Shown: positions 49,383-58,911 of the stretch, one piece after another
How the letters are laid out: each line of letters opens with the position of its first letter
How positions within the stretch are numbered: the stretch's first letter is position 1
Source: an uncultured cyanobacterium
Lineage (GTDB): Bacteria > Cyanobacteriota > Cyanobacteriia > Cyanobacteriales > CAWCAG01
Direction of reading: 5' to 3'
Assembly (NCBI GenBank): GCA_963793425.1
Contig: CAWCAG010000005.1
Coordinates: forward strand, 2,048,001-2,112,000
DNA: 64,000 nt
The notes under the pieces: generated by a model
The model's input: the letters and a program-made list of their open reading frames with translations, nothing else
What the model was told of the DNA's origin: nothing
The model's database searches: none
Translations under genes and position numbers: made by a program

Positions 49383-51209
49383 ATGATAGGTAAGTTACTC
49401 GACGGGCGATACCAAGTTGTTAAAGTATTAGGTGCAGGTGGTTTTGGCAAAACCTATGTTGCTCAAGACACCCGGCGGCCAGGTAATCCTGTTTGTGTTG
49501 TCAAACAACTTGAACCCGCTACCAGAGATGCTAACTTCTTACTCGCAGCGAGACGCTTGTTTAATACCGAAGCTGAAAGCCTGGAAAAGGTGGGCAACCA
49601 TCCTCAAATTCCCAGATTATTAGCTTATTTTGAAGAAAATCAGGAATTTTATTTAGTCCAAGATTTCATTGACGGCCACAATCTCTCCGATGAATTAATC
49701 CCCGGAAAACCTTGGGCAGAAACAAAAGTTAAGGGACTTCTGCAAAACGTCTTACCAATTTTAGATTTTGTCCATAAACAAGGAGTCATTCACCGAGATG
49801 TTAAGCCCGATAACTTACTACGCAGGAAAGCAGATAACCAGATAGTTTTAGTGGATTTTGGTGCGGTTAAGCAAATCAGCAATCAAACCTTACTCATCGA
49901 CAAATCCGTAACTAAAACTGTTGCTGTGGGAACTCCTGGTTATATGCCTAGTGAACAAGCTAGGGGACAACCCCGTCCCAATAGTGACATTTATGCCTTG
50001 GGGGTGATTGCTGTCCAAGCCCTCATTGGCATCCAACCTATGGCATTTCAATATGACCCCCACACAGGAGAAATTCTCTGGCAACATTTAGCTCAGGTTA
50101 GCCCCGAATTAGGGACAATCTTAAAAGGTATGGTTATGTACCATTTCCGCGATCGCTATCAATCAGCAGCGGAAGTTTTGCAACGACTTGAACAACTTAA
50201 TTCTGGCATCACCTCCCCTACTTCTCCTCGTGTTTATCAGCCAGAAGTTCCCAATAACTCTCTCCCTAAGCTTCCTACCTATAATCCTCCTACCCAACCA
50301 CCTTTATCGCAAAAGCAAACCTTAGCTGCCACACCAGCCAGACAACCAACTTCCCCCCCAACATCCATACCTTCATCCATCGGCCCAAACCGCCCCGACA
50401 GCGCCCCCCTAGTCTTAGGAAGCTTACTGGCTATCTTTGTGGCAGCGGGGGTTGGTATCGCTTTCGCAGCTAGGGAGCAAATAGTTTCTTTATTCCCAGA
50501 AGATGGTAGCTTAATTGGAAACACTACCGAAAAGTGTACAGTAACTGCCCAACCAGCCTTAAACATTCGTAACAATCCCAACGTTAACGGAGAACAAGTG
50601 GGGGAAGTTAAAAATGGCACTAAGGTTTCTCTTTCTGGTAACAAAGAAGGAAAATGGGTAGAAATCAAAAAGCCCCGTGGCGGCTGGGTGTATAGCGACT
50701 ACTTAAATTGTGGGGCTGAAGTAGAACCTGTAACTACAGTAAATCCTACACCAAAACCATCTCCCTCCCCTACTCCTAAGCCAACACCCAAACCTAAACC
50801 AGTTGATAATGGCAATGCCATACTTGCAGCAGCTAGAGAAAAGTATCAACAAGGAGATTTACCAGGGGCAATTAGAGAATTAAGTTCTATACCTGTCAAT
50901 AGTTCCGCTTATCAAGAAGCCCAAAGAAGTATTGAAACTTGGCGTAACGATTGGGACAATGCAAAAGCACAATTTGAACAGGCACAAGCTGCTTTTGATC
51001 GGGGAGATTGGGATGAAGCGATCGCTGCTAAAAATAGCGCCTCAGATAATCCCTATTGGAACAAAAAGTTGGAAAATTTAGCCAACAAAGCCAGTCAGCG
51101 TAAAGCCAAAGAAGAAGAAGCGAAAAATCAAGAACCAGAAATTCCAGAAGCCCCCCCTCTGGAGAAGGAACCTAAGCCGGAATCAGAAGAGAAAAGGGAT
51201 TCTGAATAA
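49383..51209 (+). CDS. Membrane Ser/Thr protein kinase with an extracellular SH3b-like domain
   Basis: LGAGGFG, HRDVKPDN, DFG and GTPGY; TM helix; LNIRNNP..GWV. Confidence 0.93.
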   Translation: MIGKLLDGRYQVVKVLGAGGFGKTYVAQDTRRPGNPVCVVKQLEPATRDANFLLAARRLFNTEAESLEKVGNHPQIPRLLAYFEENQEFYLVQDFIDGHNLSDELIPGKPWAETKVKGLLQNVLPILDFVHKQGVIHRDVKPDNLLRRKADNQIVLVDFGAVKQISNQTLLIDKSVTKTVAVGTPGYMPSEQARGQPRPNSDIYALGVIAVQALIGIQPMAFQYDPHTGEILWQHLAQVSPELGTILKGMVMYHFRDRYQSAAEVLQRLEQLNSGITSPTSPRVYQPEVPNNSLPKLPTYNPPTQPPLSQKQTLAATPARQPTSPPTSIPSSIGPNRPDSAPLVLGSLLAIFVAAGVGIAFAAREQIVSLFPEDGSLIGNTTEKCTVTAQPALNIRNNPNVNGEQVGEVKNGTKVSLSGNKEGKWVEIKKPRGGWVYSDYLNCGAEVEPVTTVNPTPKPSPSPTPKPTPKPKPVDNGNAILAAAREKYQQGDLPGAIRELSSIPVNSSAYQEAQRSIETWRNDWDNAKAQFEQAQAAFDRGDWDEAIAAKNSASDNPYWNKKLENLANKASQRKAKEEEAKNQEPEIPEAPPLEKEPKPESEEKRDSE

Positions 51210-51303
51210 TTGAACTTAAGTTAAGAAAATAGGTTGCTCTTGGTTCTATTCTTCATCCCTAACGATATGATGATCTATAAAATCAGAATTATTAAAAATT
51301 ACT

Positions 51304-51825
51304 ATGCCGAGAACTCAACGTAACGATAACTTCATTGATAAAAGCTTTACGGTTATGGCAGATATCATCCTCAAAGTCATGCCCACCAACAAACAGTCTA
51401 AAGAAGCTTTTGCTTACTATCGAGATGGCATGGCAGCCCAAGCTGATGGAGAATATGCAGAAGCTTTGGATAATTATTATGAAGCCCTTAAACTTGAAGA
51501 AGATGCCAACGATCGCAGTTATATTCTCTACAACATTGGTTTAATCAAAGCTAGTAACGGTGAACATGAGGAGGCTTTAGGATACTATAACGAAGCTATC
51601 GATCTCAATCCTCGTATGCCCCAAGCACTAAATAATATTGCGGTTATTTATCATCATCTTGGGGAACAAGCTAGGGCTAATGGGCAGAGTGATGAAGCAG
51701 AAGCCTTTTATGTTCGGGCGGCTGAATATTGGAAACAAGCCATTCGTTTAGCACCTAATAACTATATTGAAGCTCAAAACTGGCTGAAAATTACCGGACG
51801 CTCAGAAATGGATGTCTTTTTCTAA
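51304..51825 (+). CDS. ycf3: Photosystem I assembly protein Ycf3
   Basis: [20 protein letters not shown]...[10 protein letters not shown]. Confidence 0.98.
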   Translation: MPRTQRNDNFIDKSFTVMADIILKVMPTNKQSKEAFAYYRDGMAAQADGEYAEALDNYYEALKLEEDANDRSYILYNIGLIKASNGEHEEALGYYNEAIDLNPRMPQALNNIAVIYHHLGEQARANGQSDEAEAFYVRAAEYWKQAIRLAPNNYIEAQNWLKITGRSEMDVFF

Positions 51826-51853
51826 ATCCAAACAAGTAAGAGAATTGCTATAA

Positions 51854-52150
51854 ATGATTGACCGCGAAGAAGTGAAAAAAGTGGCTAATTTAGCTCGTTT
51901 AGCTATTACCACAGAAGAAGAAGGAGAATTTGCTACTCAGTTGAGCGATATTCTAGAATACTTTGAACAACTTAGTGAATTAGATACTAAGGAGGTTACT
52001 CCTACTACTAGGGCAATTGATACTAGCAATATTACTCGCCCTGATGAATTAGAACCCTTTGACCAAAAAGAATCACTCTTAGAAGAAGCCCCGGATCGCA
52101 ATGACGAATTTTTCCGAGTGCCAAGGATTTTGAATACAGAAGAAGGTTAG
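51854..52150 (+). CDS. gatC: Asp/Glu-tRNA amidotransferase subunit C
   Basis: VANLARL and FFRVPRIL motifs. Confidence 0.95.
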   Translation: MIDREEVKKVANLARLAITTEEEGEFATQLSDILEYFEQLSELDTKEVTPTTRAIDTSNITRPDELEPFDQKESLLEEAPDRNDEFFRVPRILNTEEG

Positions 52151-52190
52151 TACTCAGTCTGCTTATCTTCAGGAAAAACAACATCTTAGA

Positions 52191-52225
52191 TATACGGCTT
52201 GCTGTTGCCGCACTCCATCATTGAT
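52191..52225 (+). repeat. ~33-bp small dispersed repeat (copy 4, degenerate)
   Basis: TATACGGCTTGCTGTTGCCGCACTCCATCATTGAT. Confidence 0.65.
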
Positions 52226-52278
52226 AATTAGTCATTGGTCATTGAAGAGCGCGATCGCGTAAAATTAGGTATAACTTG

Positions 52279-53133
52279 ATGAGCGAGCAAGAAAATTCAC
52301 ATCAGCAGGAGGAGAAAATCCCACCTTCGATGGCTGCATCTAAACCCAAATTCCGCCTTTCTTGGCAGGCTCTATTTTCCCTGCTAATGTTCTTCTATAT
52401 GTACCTACCTATTTTGGTACTAACTTTTTATAGTTTCAATAAATCAGCTTACAGTTCTGGTTGGGAAGGTTTTTCTCTAAAATGGTATCAACAACTCTTC
52501 CAAGATGGACGCATACTCAGAGCCTTACAAAATAGCTTAGTTGTCGCCTTCGTAGCAGTAGGAATTTCTGCTGTTTTAGGAACATTAATGGCCGTAGGTT
52601 TAGCCCGTTATCGTTTCCCTGGCAAAACCTTATATAGAGGTATTGCTTACTTACCCTTAATTGTCCCTGATATTGCGATCGCTGTAGCAACTTTAGTCTT
52701 TCTGGCAGTGGTAAGTATTCCCCTCAGTTTATGGACGATTGTCGCGGCCCATGTGGTATTTTGCTTAGCATATGTTGCTATTGTCGTTTCTTCCCGTCTT
52801 GCCACTCTAGATCCTCATTTAGAAGAAGCAGCTTTAGACTTGGGGGCAACTCCTATTGAAGCTTTTCTTAAAGTTCTCTTACCGGAATTAATGCCAGCAA
52901 TTATTGCTGGTTGCCTACTTTCCTTTGTCCTGAGTATGGACGATTTTCTCATCTCCAGCTTCACCGCTGGAACCGGGGCAACCACCCTCCCCATGGAAAT
53001 TTTCAGCCGTATTCGCACAGGGGTCAAACCGGATATCAATGCCCTCAGCGTATTATTAATCCTCGGTTCAGGAATGGTTGCTTTTGCAGCAGAGTATATG
53101 CGCTATCGTATGGAGAAAAAGCGGTTTAATTAG
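52279..53133 (+). CDS. potC: Polyamine ABC transporter permease (PotC-like)
   Basis: YLPI..L..YSFN, LEEAALDLGA, SMDDF and TLPMEIFS motifs. Confidence 0.82.
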   Translation: MSEQENSHQQEEKIPPSMAASKPKFRLSWQALFSLLMFFYMYLPILVLTFYSFNKSAYSSGWEGFSLKWYQQLFQDGRILRALQNSLVVAFVAVGISAVLGTLMAVGLARYRFPGKTLYRGIAYLPLIVPDIAIAVATLVFLAVVSIPLSLWTIVAAHVVFCLAYVAIVVSSRLATLDPHLEEAALDLGATPIEAFLKVLLPELMPAIIAGCLLSFVLSMDDFLISSFTAGTGATTLPMEIFSRIRTGVKPDINALSVLLILGSGMVAFAAEYMRYRMEKKRFN

Positions 53134-53264
53134 CTGAGGGAAAGCCGAACATAACCAAGGTAGCGAATATCAAAACCACCAATATCAAGAAAAGTCTTTT
53201 TCTTGATAGCAAAAGATAAAGACCAAAATCATTCATTAGGTACGGCGAGAATATCAATTAGAAG

Positions 53265-54608
53265 TTAACTCGCCGTTAAAGCCATCGCCCGTGCAGAAAA
53301 ATGTGCAGCATTGAGTGCCTCAACTGCTGCTTGATAATTTTCCACCCAATATTCTTGCCCCAAGCGAACGAATTGCCCTTCGGCGCGGGAACCAATAATG
53401 GCTACCACAGGAACTTTCCCTTGCTTTTTGTCATTTCTGGGGTTTAAAATGCCTTTTAACCTAACCTGCTCTGAAGGATCATTAGCTTGTTGAGGAGTTA
53501 GTTCTACCATAACCATATGTACTGTTTCTACTGGTTCCACTTCTTCGATAATTAGTTGCACCTTATCCTCTTGTTGATCAGCCCTTCCCCACATAATTAA
53601 GGGTTTATCTACTTCCAAGAAAGGAGAAACTTGTTCATAGGAACTAGGAAAAACCACCCCTTCAGCTTGACTAGAAATATCTTCTATTTGCACAAAGGCC
53701 ATAGGGTCGCCTTTTTTAGTAATAATATTTCTAATATCTGTCACTATAACGATGGTGCTAATTTTCTTTCTCTTTCCTTGTTCTGCTAATTGATTGAGGT
53801 TAATAGGAGAAAGGATTTTAGTAGCTTTTTGGGCAGACTTAAGGGGATGATCAGAAACATAGAAACCTAAAAGTTCTTTTTCTTGTTTAAGTTTCTCAGC
53901 AGGGGAAAAATCTTCTTTTCTGGGGGTTTGGGGAACAGAGTTTAAGCTAATCTCATTATCCTTTGTTGAATTGCTTTTAGGAGTCAAGGTATCAAAAAGA
54001 TTAAACTGCCCCATCTCCTTCTCTTTAGCACGACTCTGGGCCCAGCTTATCAAAGGATCGAGGTCATGGATAAGTTGGTTACGGTTCGGTTCAAGGCTAT
54101 CAAATGCCCCGCAATAAATTAAGGCTTCTAAGGCACGGCGGTTAACTACTCGTAAGTCTACCCTGGCACATAAATCAGCCAAACTGCGGAATGTTCCCTT
54201 CGCTTCTTTCCTCGCTTGTAATATTGCTTCAATAGCCCCTTGCCCTAAGTTTCTTACCGCCGACAAGCCAAAGAGAATCTTTTCAGCCACAGGGGTAAAA
54301 TCCACCTGAGAACGGTTAATATGGGGCGGTTCTACTTCAATCCCCATATTTTGGCAGGTAGCAATATATTTAACCACTTTATCCTGATTACCGCTACTTG
54401 AGGTTAAAAGAGCGGTCATATACTCAACAGGATAATTTGCTTTTAAATATGCCGTTTGGTAGGTGACATAAGCATAAGCGGTGGAGTGACTTTTGTTAAA
54501 ACAATTAGAAGCGACAGTACCATTAGCCAAAAGAAAATTATGATCCCTTTCTAAGCCAAGATCATAAACTGGTTCTTTCCCCAAAGGTTTACAACTAACA
54601 ATTTTCAT
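53265..54608 (-). CDS. dnaE: DNA polymerase III alpha C-terminal half, with an N-terminal split-intein fragment
   Basis: IntC followed by CFNKSHSTAY...YLKANYP; HhH and OB-fold regions. Confidence 0.96.
   Translation of the reverse strand: MKIVSCKPLGKEPVYDLGLERDHNFLLANGTVASNCFNKSHSTAYAYVTYQTAYLKANYPVEYMTALLTSSSGNQDKVVKYIATCQNMGIEVEPPHINRSQVDFTPVAEKILFGLSAVRNLGQGAIEAILQARKEAKGTFRSLADLCARVDLRVVNRRALEALIYCGAFDSLEPNRNQLIHDLDPLISWAQSRAKEKEMGQFNLFDTLTPKSNSTKDNEISLNSVPQTPRKEDFSPAEKLKQEKELLGFYVSDHPLKSAQKATKILSPINLNQLAEQGKRKKISTIVIVTDIRNIITKKGDPMAFVQIEDISSQAEGVVFPSSYEQVSPFLEVDKPLIMWGRADQQEDKVQLIIEEVEPVETVHMVMVELTPQQANDPSEQVRLKGILNPRNDKKQGKVPVVAIIGSRAEGQFVRLGQEYWVENYQAAVEALNAAHFSARAMALTAS
54504..54608 (-). 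other. DnaE split intein C-fragment (35 aa)
   Basis: MKIVSCKPLGKEPVYDLGLERDHNFLLANGTVASN|CFN. Confidence 0.95.
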
Positions 54609-54623
54609 CGTTCTCAACCCATC

Positions 54624-54712
54624 ACTTATTACTTATTACTTATTACTTATTACTTATTACTTATTACTTATTACTTATCCCCATCTCCCCATCTCCCCAT
54701 CTCCCCATCTCC
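54624..54712. repeat. Tandem repeats (ACTTATT)x7-8 followed by (CCCCATCT)x4
   Basis: Read directly from the sequence, upstream of dnaE-C. Confidence 0.95.
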
Positions 54713-54740
54713 AAAAATACCTAACAGTTTACTTAAATTA

Positions 54741-54813
54741 TGGAGCTAAGCGGATTCGAACCGCTGACCCCCTCAATGCCATTGAGGTGCTCTACCAACT
54801 GAGCTATAACCCC
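54741..54813 (-). tRNA. tRNA-Ala(GGC)
   Basis: GGGGTTATAGCTCAGTTGGTAGAGCA-CCTCA-AT-GGC-AT-TGAGG-GGGTCAGCGGTTCGAATCCGCTTAGCTCCA. Confidence 0.97.
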
Positions 54814-54894
54814 GCGTATTTGTACTATATGATGCCCTGAAAACTTGCTTTTAGTCAAGTTCCTGATAGAAAGTTTTTGTTCTTCTTTATGTCT

Positions 54895-55098
54895 TTAGTA
54901 GGAAATATAGGAGGCATGAGTTAAGTAACCCATGCAATTATTCATCAGAAAATAAACAACCATCATCGCCGCCGCCGCTAGGGCGACTAAGGTTCCTGCC
55001 AACATAAGGGAAAATTCTTGCTGATCAAAGGCCTCTTGCATAAGATGGAGTGACCAAGCTACTAAAGCAACATCTAAAATTAGAATAGGAACTAACAT
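54895..55098 (-). CDS. Small two-helix membrane protein
   Basis: 67-aa hydrophobic ORF with an ATG start. Confidence 0.7.
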   Translation of the reverse strand: MLVPILILDVALVAWSLHLMQEAFDQQEFSLMLAGTLVALAAAAMMVVYFLMNNCMGYLTHASYISY

Positions 55099-55217
55099 TT
55101 TTTAAGAATCGTAACTTTTTGTCTATTCTAATACACATTCTTAAGCTAAATACTGATAGAAGTATTAATTTAAGCTTTTTATTAGATATAAGTGAAGTTA
55201 ATCCATGCTAGGTGAAA

Positions 55218-55988
55218 TCAAATAGGACGGATTGGTATTTTCTGCTGCTTTAAATAAGCTTTAATTTCCGCCACTGTTAACTGTCCGTAGTGCAATAGAG
55301 AAGCGAGGAGTGCAGCCTCTGCTTTACCTTCACTGAAAGCTTCATAAATATGCTGGGTAGTTCCTGCCCCCCCGGAAGCAATCACAGGAATTTCTACTTG
55401 TTCAGCAATCGTGCGAGTTAGTTCTAAATCATACCCTGCCTGGGTTCCATCCGCATCCATACTGGTTACTAAAAGTTCTCCTGCCCCCCTTTGAGCAACT
55501 TCCTTTGCCCATTGCACCGCATCCTTACCAGTATTTTCTCTTCCTCCTCGTACATAAACATCCCAACCAGAATCAACAGAATCCGCTCGTCGCTTAGCAT
55601 CTAGGGCAACTACGATACATTGATTGCCAAAGCGATCGCTAGCCCGATTAATGAAATCCGGTTCCCGTACCGCCGATGAATTAATACTGATTTTATCAGC
55701 ACCAGCTCTTAACAAATCTTTAATTTGTTCTAAGGTGTTGATTCCTCCTCCTACAGTTAGAGGAATAAAAACTTGTTCAGCCGTTCGGTAGACGACATCA
55801 AGAATGATATTTCTATCTTCGTGGGTAGCTGTAATATCCAAAAACACCAATTCATCAGCCCCAGCCTCGTTATAAACCCTGGCTAATTCCACAGGATCAC
55901 CAGCATCTTTTAGATCAACAAAGTTAACCCCTTTGACAACTCGTCCAGCTTTAACATCCAGGCAAGGTAAGATTCTTTTCGCTAACAT
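55218..55988 (-). CDS. hisF: Imidazole glycerol phosphate synthase, cyclase subunit
   Basis: [18 protein letters not shown] and SMDADGT motifs. Confidence 0.98.
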   Translation of the reverse strand: MLAKRILPCLDVKAGRVVKGVNFVDLKDAGDPVELARVYNEAGADELVFLDITATHEDRNIILDVVYRTAEQVFIPLTVGGGINTLEQIKDLLRAGADKISINSSAVREPDFINRASDRFGNQCIVVALDAKRRADSVDSGWDVYVRGGRENTGKDAVQWAKEVAQRGAGELLVTSMDADGTQAGYDLELTRTIAEQVEIPVIASGGAGTTQHIYEAFSEGKAEAALLASLLHYGQLTVAEIKAYLKQQKIPIRPI

Positions 55989-55991
55989 GAC

Positions 55992-56079
55992 TTATCAGTT
56001 ATCAGTTATCAGTTATCAATGTACAGCTTGCTGTTGCCGTTAGGCATCATTGATATCTACGACAACGGCAAGGCGAATA
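55992..56079. repeat. (TTATCAG)n heptamers followed by an inverted pair of the ~33-bp repeat (copies 5 and 6)
   Basis: TGTACAGCTTGCTGTTGCCGTTAGGCATCAT-TGATATCTACGACAACGGCAAGGCGAATA. Confidence 0.8.
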
Positions 56080-56187
56080 GTTGTCAGTCATAAATATTTA
56101 GCGTTTGTCTAAGCCTCATCATCTCTTCATCTCCTCATCTATAGTAGATTTAGAGAGAAATGGTATTGAAATTCCTATTTGTGGCCG

Positions 56188-57276
56188 ATGGCAATTAAAA
56201 AATCGTTTAACCAAGGGAATCTCCCCGAAACAAAGAATCAGGGTAAAGGCAAGAAGCGACGCAATTCTCGTCAAGAAGCATCTTCAGAAGAGGAAGATTT
56301 GCTTATTGCGACAGCACATTTAGGAGAAACTGAGAGTACTGAAGAGAAGATTCGTCCTCAAAGTTTGACTGATTATGTTGGTCAAAAGGATTTAAAGGGA
56401 GTGTTGCAAATTGCCATTGAAGCAGCAAAAGGGAGGAAAGATCCTTTAGACCACTTATTATTATATGGGCCGCCGGGATTGGGAAAAACTACTATGTCCT
56501 TAATTTTGGCAGCAGAAATGGGGGTTAATTGCAAAATAACTGCCGCACCAGCTTTAGAACGTCCTAGAGATATTACCGGGATTTTGGTTAGCCTGAAACC
56601 GGGAGACATTCTTTTTGTTGATGAAATCCATCGCCTCAACCGCATGACAGAAGAATTGCTTTACCCAGCAATGGAGGATAGACGCTTAGATATCACTATT
56701 GGTAAAGGACATACAGCTAAAACCCGTAGCATTCCCTTACCTCCTTTTACCTTAGTTGGAGCAACTACTCAAGTTGGTTCTTTAACCTCTCCTTTGCGCG
56801 ATCGCTTTGGTTTAATTCAAAGATTAAAATATTACGAAATCGATGAGTTATGTTTTATTGTGCAACGCACCGCTAAGTTACTCAATGTTTCTGTCACCGT
56901 TGATGGTGCAGAAGAAATCGCCCGACGTTCTCGCGGAACTCCTCGTATCGCTAATCGTTTGTTAAGGAGGGTGAGGGATTATGCCCAAGTTAAATCTCAC
57001 GATTCTATTGATGCAAAAGTCGCTGGGGATGCGATGGAGATGTTTGGAGTTGATCCTCGCGGCTTAGATTGGACTGATCGCAAAGTTTTACAAACCATGA
57101 TTGAACAGTTCAACGGTGGGCCGGTTGGCTTAGAGGCAGTGGCAGCCGCGACAGGAGAGGATGCGAAGACAATCGGAGAAGTTTATGAACCTTATTTACT
57201 ACAAATTGGCTTCCTAAATCGTACTCCTCGCGGTCGCACAGTAACAGAAGCTGCTTACAAACATTTGGGGATTTGA
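56188..57276 (+). CDS. ruvB: Holliday junction branch migration helicase RuvB
   Basis: [22 protein letters not shown] and [11 protein letters not shown] motifs. Confidence 0.98.
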   Translation: MAIKKSFNQGNLPETKNQGKGKKRRNSRQEASSEEEDLLIATAHLGETESTEEKIRPQSLTDYVGQKDLKGVLQIAIEAAKGRKDPLDHLLLYGPPGLGKTTMSLILAAEMGVNCKITAAPALERPRDITGILVSLKPGDILFVDEIHRLNRMTEELLYPAMEDRRLDITIGKGHTAKTRSIPLPPFTLVGATTQVGSLTSPLRDRFGLIQRLKYYEIDELCFIVQRTAKLLNVSVTVDGAEEIARRSRGTPRIANRLLRRVRDYAQVKSHDSIDAKVAGDAMEMFGVDPRGLDWTDRKVLQTMIEQFNGGPVGLEAVAAATGEDAKTIGEVYEPYLLQIGFLNRTPRGRTVTEAAYKHLGI

Positions 57277-57313
57277 GCGAAGAAGGAAGTAAGGAGCAGA
57301 AAACTACAAATAA

Positions 57314-57775
57314 TCATTGATAACTGTAGGGCTTGCCCTTGTCGAAGACATCATTGTTCGGCTTGCCGTTGCCGTTAGGCATCATTGATAACTGATTATT
57401 GATTATTGATGCTGGAAATCCGCGTTCTATTTCTCTGAGTTCAACTTCTTTAGCTTCTAAAGCTGTTTGTAAAAGTTTCATGGCTTTTTGGGGTTTACCT
57501 AAACCGCAGAAAAATAAATCCGCAGCAAAATAACCATATTCAGGCCAAGTATGGATGGCGATATGGGATTCTGCTAAAGTTGCTGTTGCTGTAACTCCGT
57601 GGGGACTAAACTGGTGTACGCATAGGTCAATTAAAGTAGCATCTCCGGCGGCGATCGCTTCAATCAAAGCTTGACGAATACGTTCTGGATCGTTGAGAAT
57701 GGCTGCTGGAGCGCTCCAGGCATCTGCGATCAGGTGAGTTCCCACTTTTTTCATTCTTATCAATTTATACTCCAT
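57314..57775 (-). CDS. speD: S-adenosylmethionine decarboxylase proenzyme with a repeat-derived C-terminal tail
   Basis: GTHLIAD, FSPHGVT, LAESHIAIHTWPE and IERG motifs. Confidence 0.92.
   Translation of the reverse strand: MEYKLIRMKKVGTHLIADAWSAPAAILNDPERIRQALIEAIAAGDATLIDLCVHQFSPHGVTATATLAESHIAIHTWPEYGYFAADLFFCGLGKPQKAMKLLQTALEAKEVELREIERGFPASIINNQLSMMPNGNGKPNNDVFDKGKPYSYQ
57325..57410 (+). repeat. Two tandem ~33-bp repeats (copies 7 and 8) plus heptamers inside the 3' end of speD
   Basis: TGTAGGGCTTGCCCTTGTCGAAGACATCAT-TGTTCGGCTTGCCGTTGCCGTTAGGCATCATTGAT-AACTGATTATTGATTATTGAT. Confidence 0.85.
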
Positions 57776-57961
57776 AATTGTGAATATTCAAGGCTTCTCT
57801 TTACTAGCATAGGTTTAACAACTAAAGAATTGCTACCCATAAAGTGCGATTTTGGTTAGTTGTAGGGGAGAGTGGAGGGGGGGAGACACTATGTTGTGCG
57901 GCGAAGGGGAATTACTTTCGTTACAATTTTTAAAGTAATTGGTGAAGTGGGAAAATAATCA

Positions 57962-58816
57962 ATGACGAATAAAAATACAATTTGGGATCGCTTTTTGTCA
58001 CCGATTGTACGCTCTTTAATTGATGAAGAGAAGCTAAGACAGTTTTATGAATCGATAGACTGGGAAAATGAAGGTGATCGCTTCCGACAAGCAGATTTAG
58101 TTTATCCTCAATATTATGTTTCCCAAAACTTCCACGGTATTGACAAAGGCTACTTAAATCCAGGAGCAGCAGTTTCTTATGATCCAATCACTCGTTACGT
58201 CTTACCTCCCCAAGAAAATTGGGTACGCACTGAGGTGATCGCAGCGATAAAAGGACAACCGCAACGGATTCTGGATTTAGGTTGCGGTACAGGATCTACT
58301 ACTTTGATGCTGAAGCAGGCTTTTCCTCAAGCAGAGGTGAGGGGATTGGATTTATCACCTTATATGCTATTCATGGCTGATTATAAGGCTCAACAAGCTG
58401 GTTTAGAGATTAACTGGCATCATGGTAAAGCAGAAACAACAGGTTTTGCTGCTGATTCTTTTGATGTAGTCACCGCTTCTCTGCTTTTTCATGAAACTCC
58501 TCCCCAGGTTTCTCAACTTATTCTCAAAGAATGTTTCCATCTTTTGAAGGCAGGGGGGCAATTAGTTATTTTAGATGGCAACCAAGCTATGTTACGTAGT
58601 GCAACATGGCTAACAGAAATTTTTGAAGAACCCTACATTAAAGCCTACGCCGAAGGGAGTGTAGATGCTTGGAGTGGTGCAGCGGGTTTTGGGGCTGTAC
58701 AAACAGAAAATTTTTGGCTTATTCATCAAATAACTTCTGCGGTTAAGCCTTTAGCCATTCAGGAACAGGAGCAAGTGAGAGAAAACTTCAACGAACAGCA
58801 AGAAGCTGTTCGTTGA
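57962..58816 (+). CDS. Class I SAM-dependent methyltransferase
   Basis: ILDLGCGTG, GLDLSPYML and LLFHETP motifs. Confidence 0.9.
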   Translation: MTNKNTIWDRFLSPIVRSLIDEEKLRQFYESIDWENEGDRFRQADLVYPQYYVSQNFHGIDKGYLNPGAAVSYDPITRYVLPPQENWVRTEVIAAIKGQPQRILDLGCGTGSTTLMLKQAFPQAEVRGLDLSPYMLFMADYKAQQAGLEINWHHGKAETTGFAADSFDVVTASLLFHETPPQVSQLILKECFHLLKAGGQLVILDGNQAMLRSATWLTEIFEEPYIKAYAEGSVDAWSGAAGFGAVQTENFWLIHQITSAVKPLAIQEQEQVRENFNEQQEAVR

Positions 58817-58860
58817 AGTTTTCATTACATCTAATTTTGTAGTTCAAACCGCTCTCCAGC

Positions 58861-58904
58861 TCCCCATCTCCCCATCTCCCCATCTCCCCATCTCCCCATC
58901 TCCC
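58861..58904. repeat. (TCCCCATC)x5 octamer tandem repeat
   Basis: Read directly; same unit as at 54679. Confidence 0.95.
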
Positions 58905-58911
58905 TATTTCT

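Noticed and set aside
3739..57389. The 33-bp repeats as CRISPR direct repeats
   Set aside because: Copies are dispersed or directly abutting with no unique spacers, and no cas genes are present.
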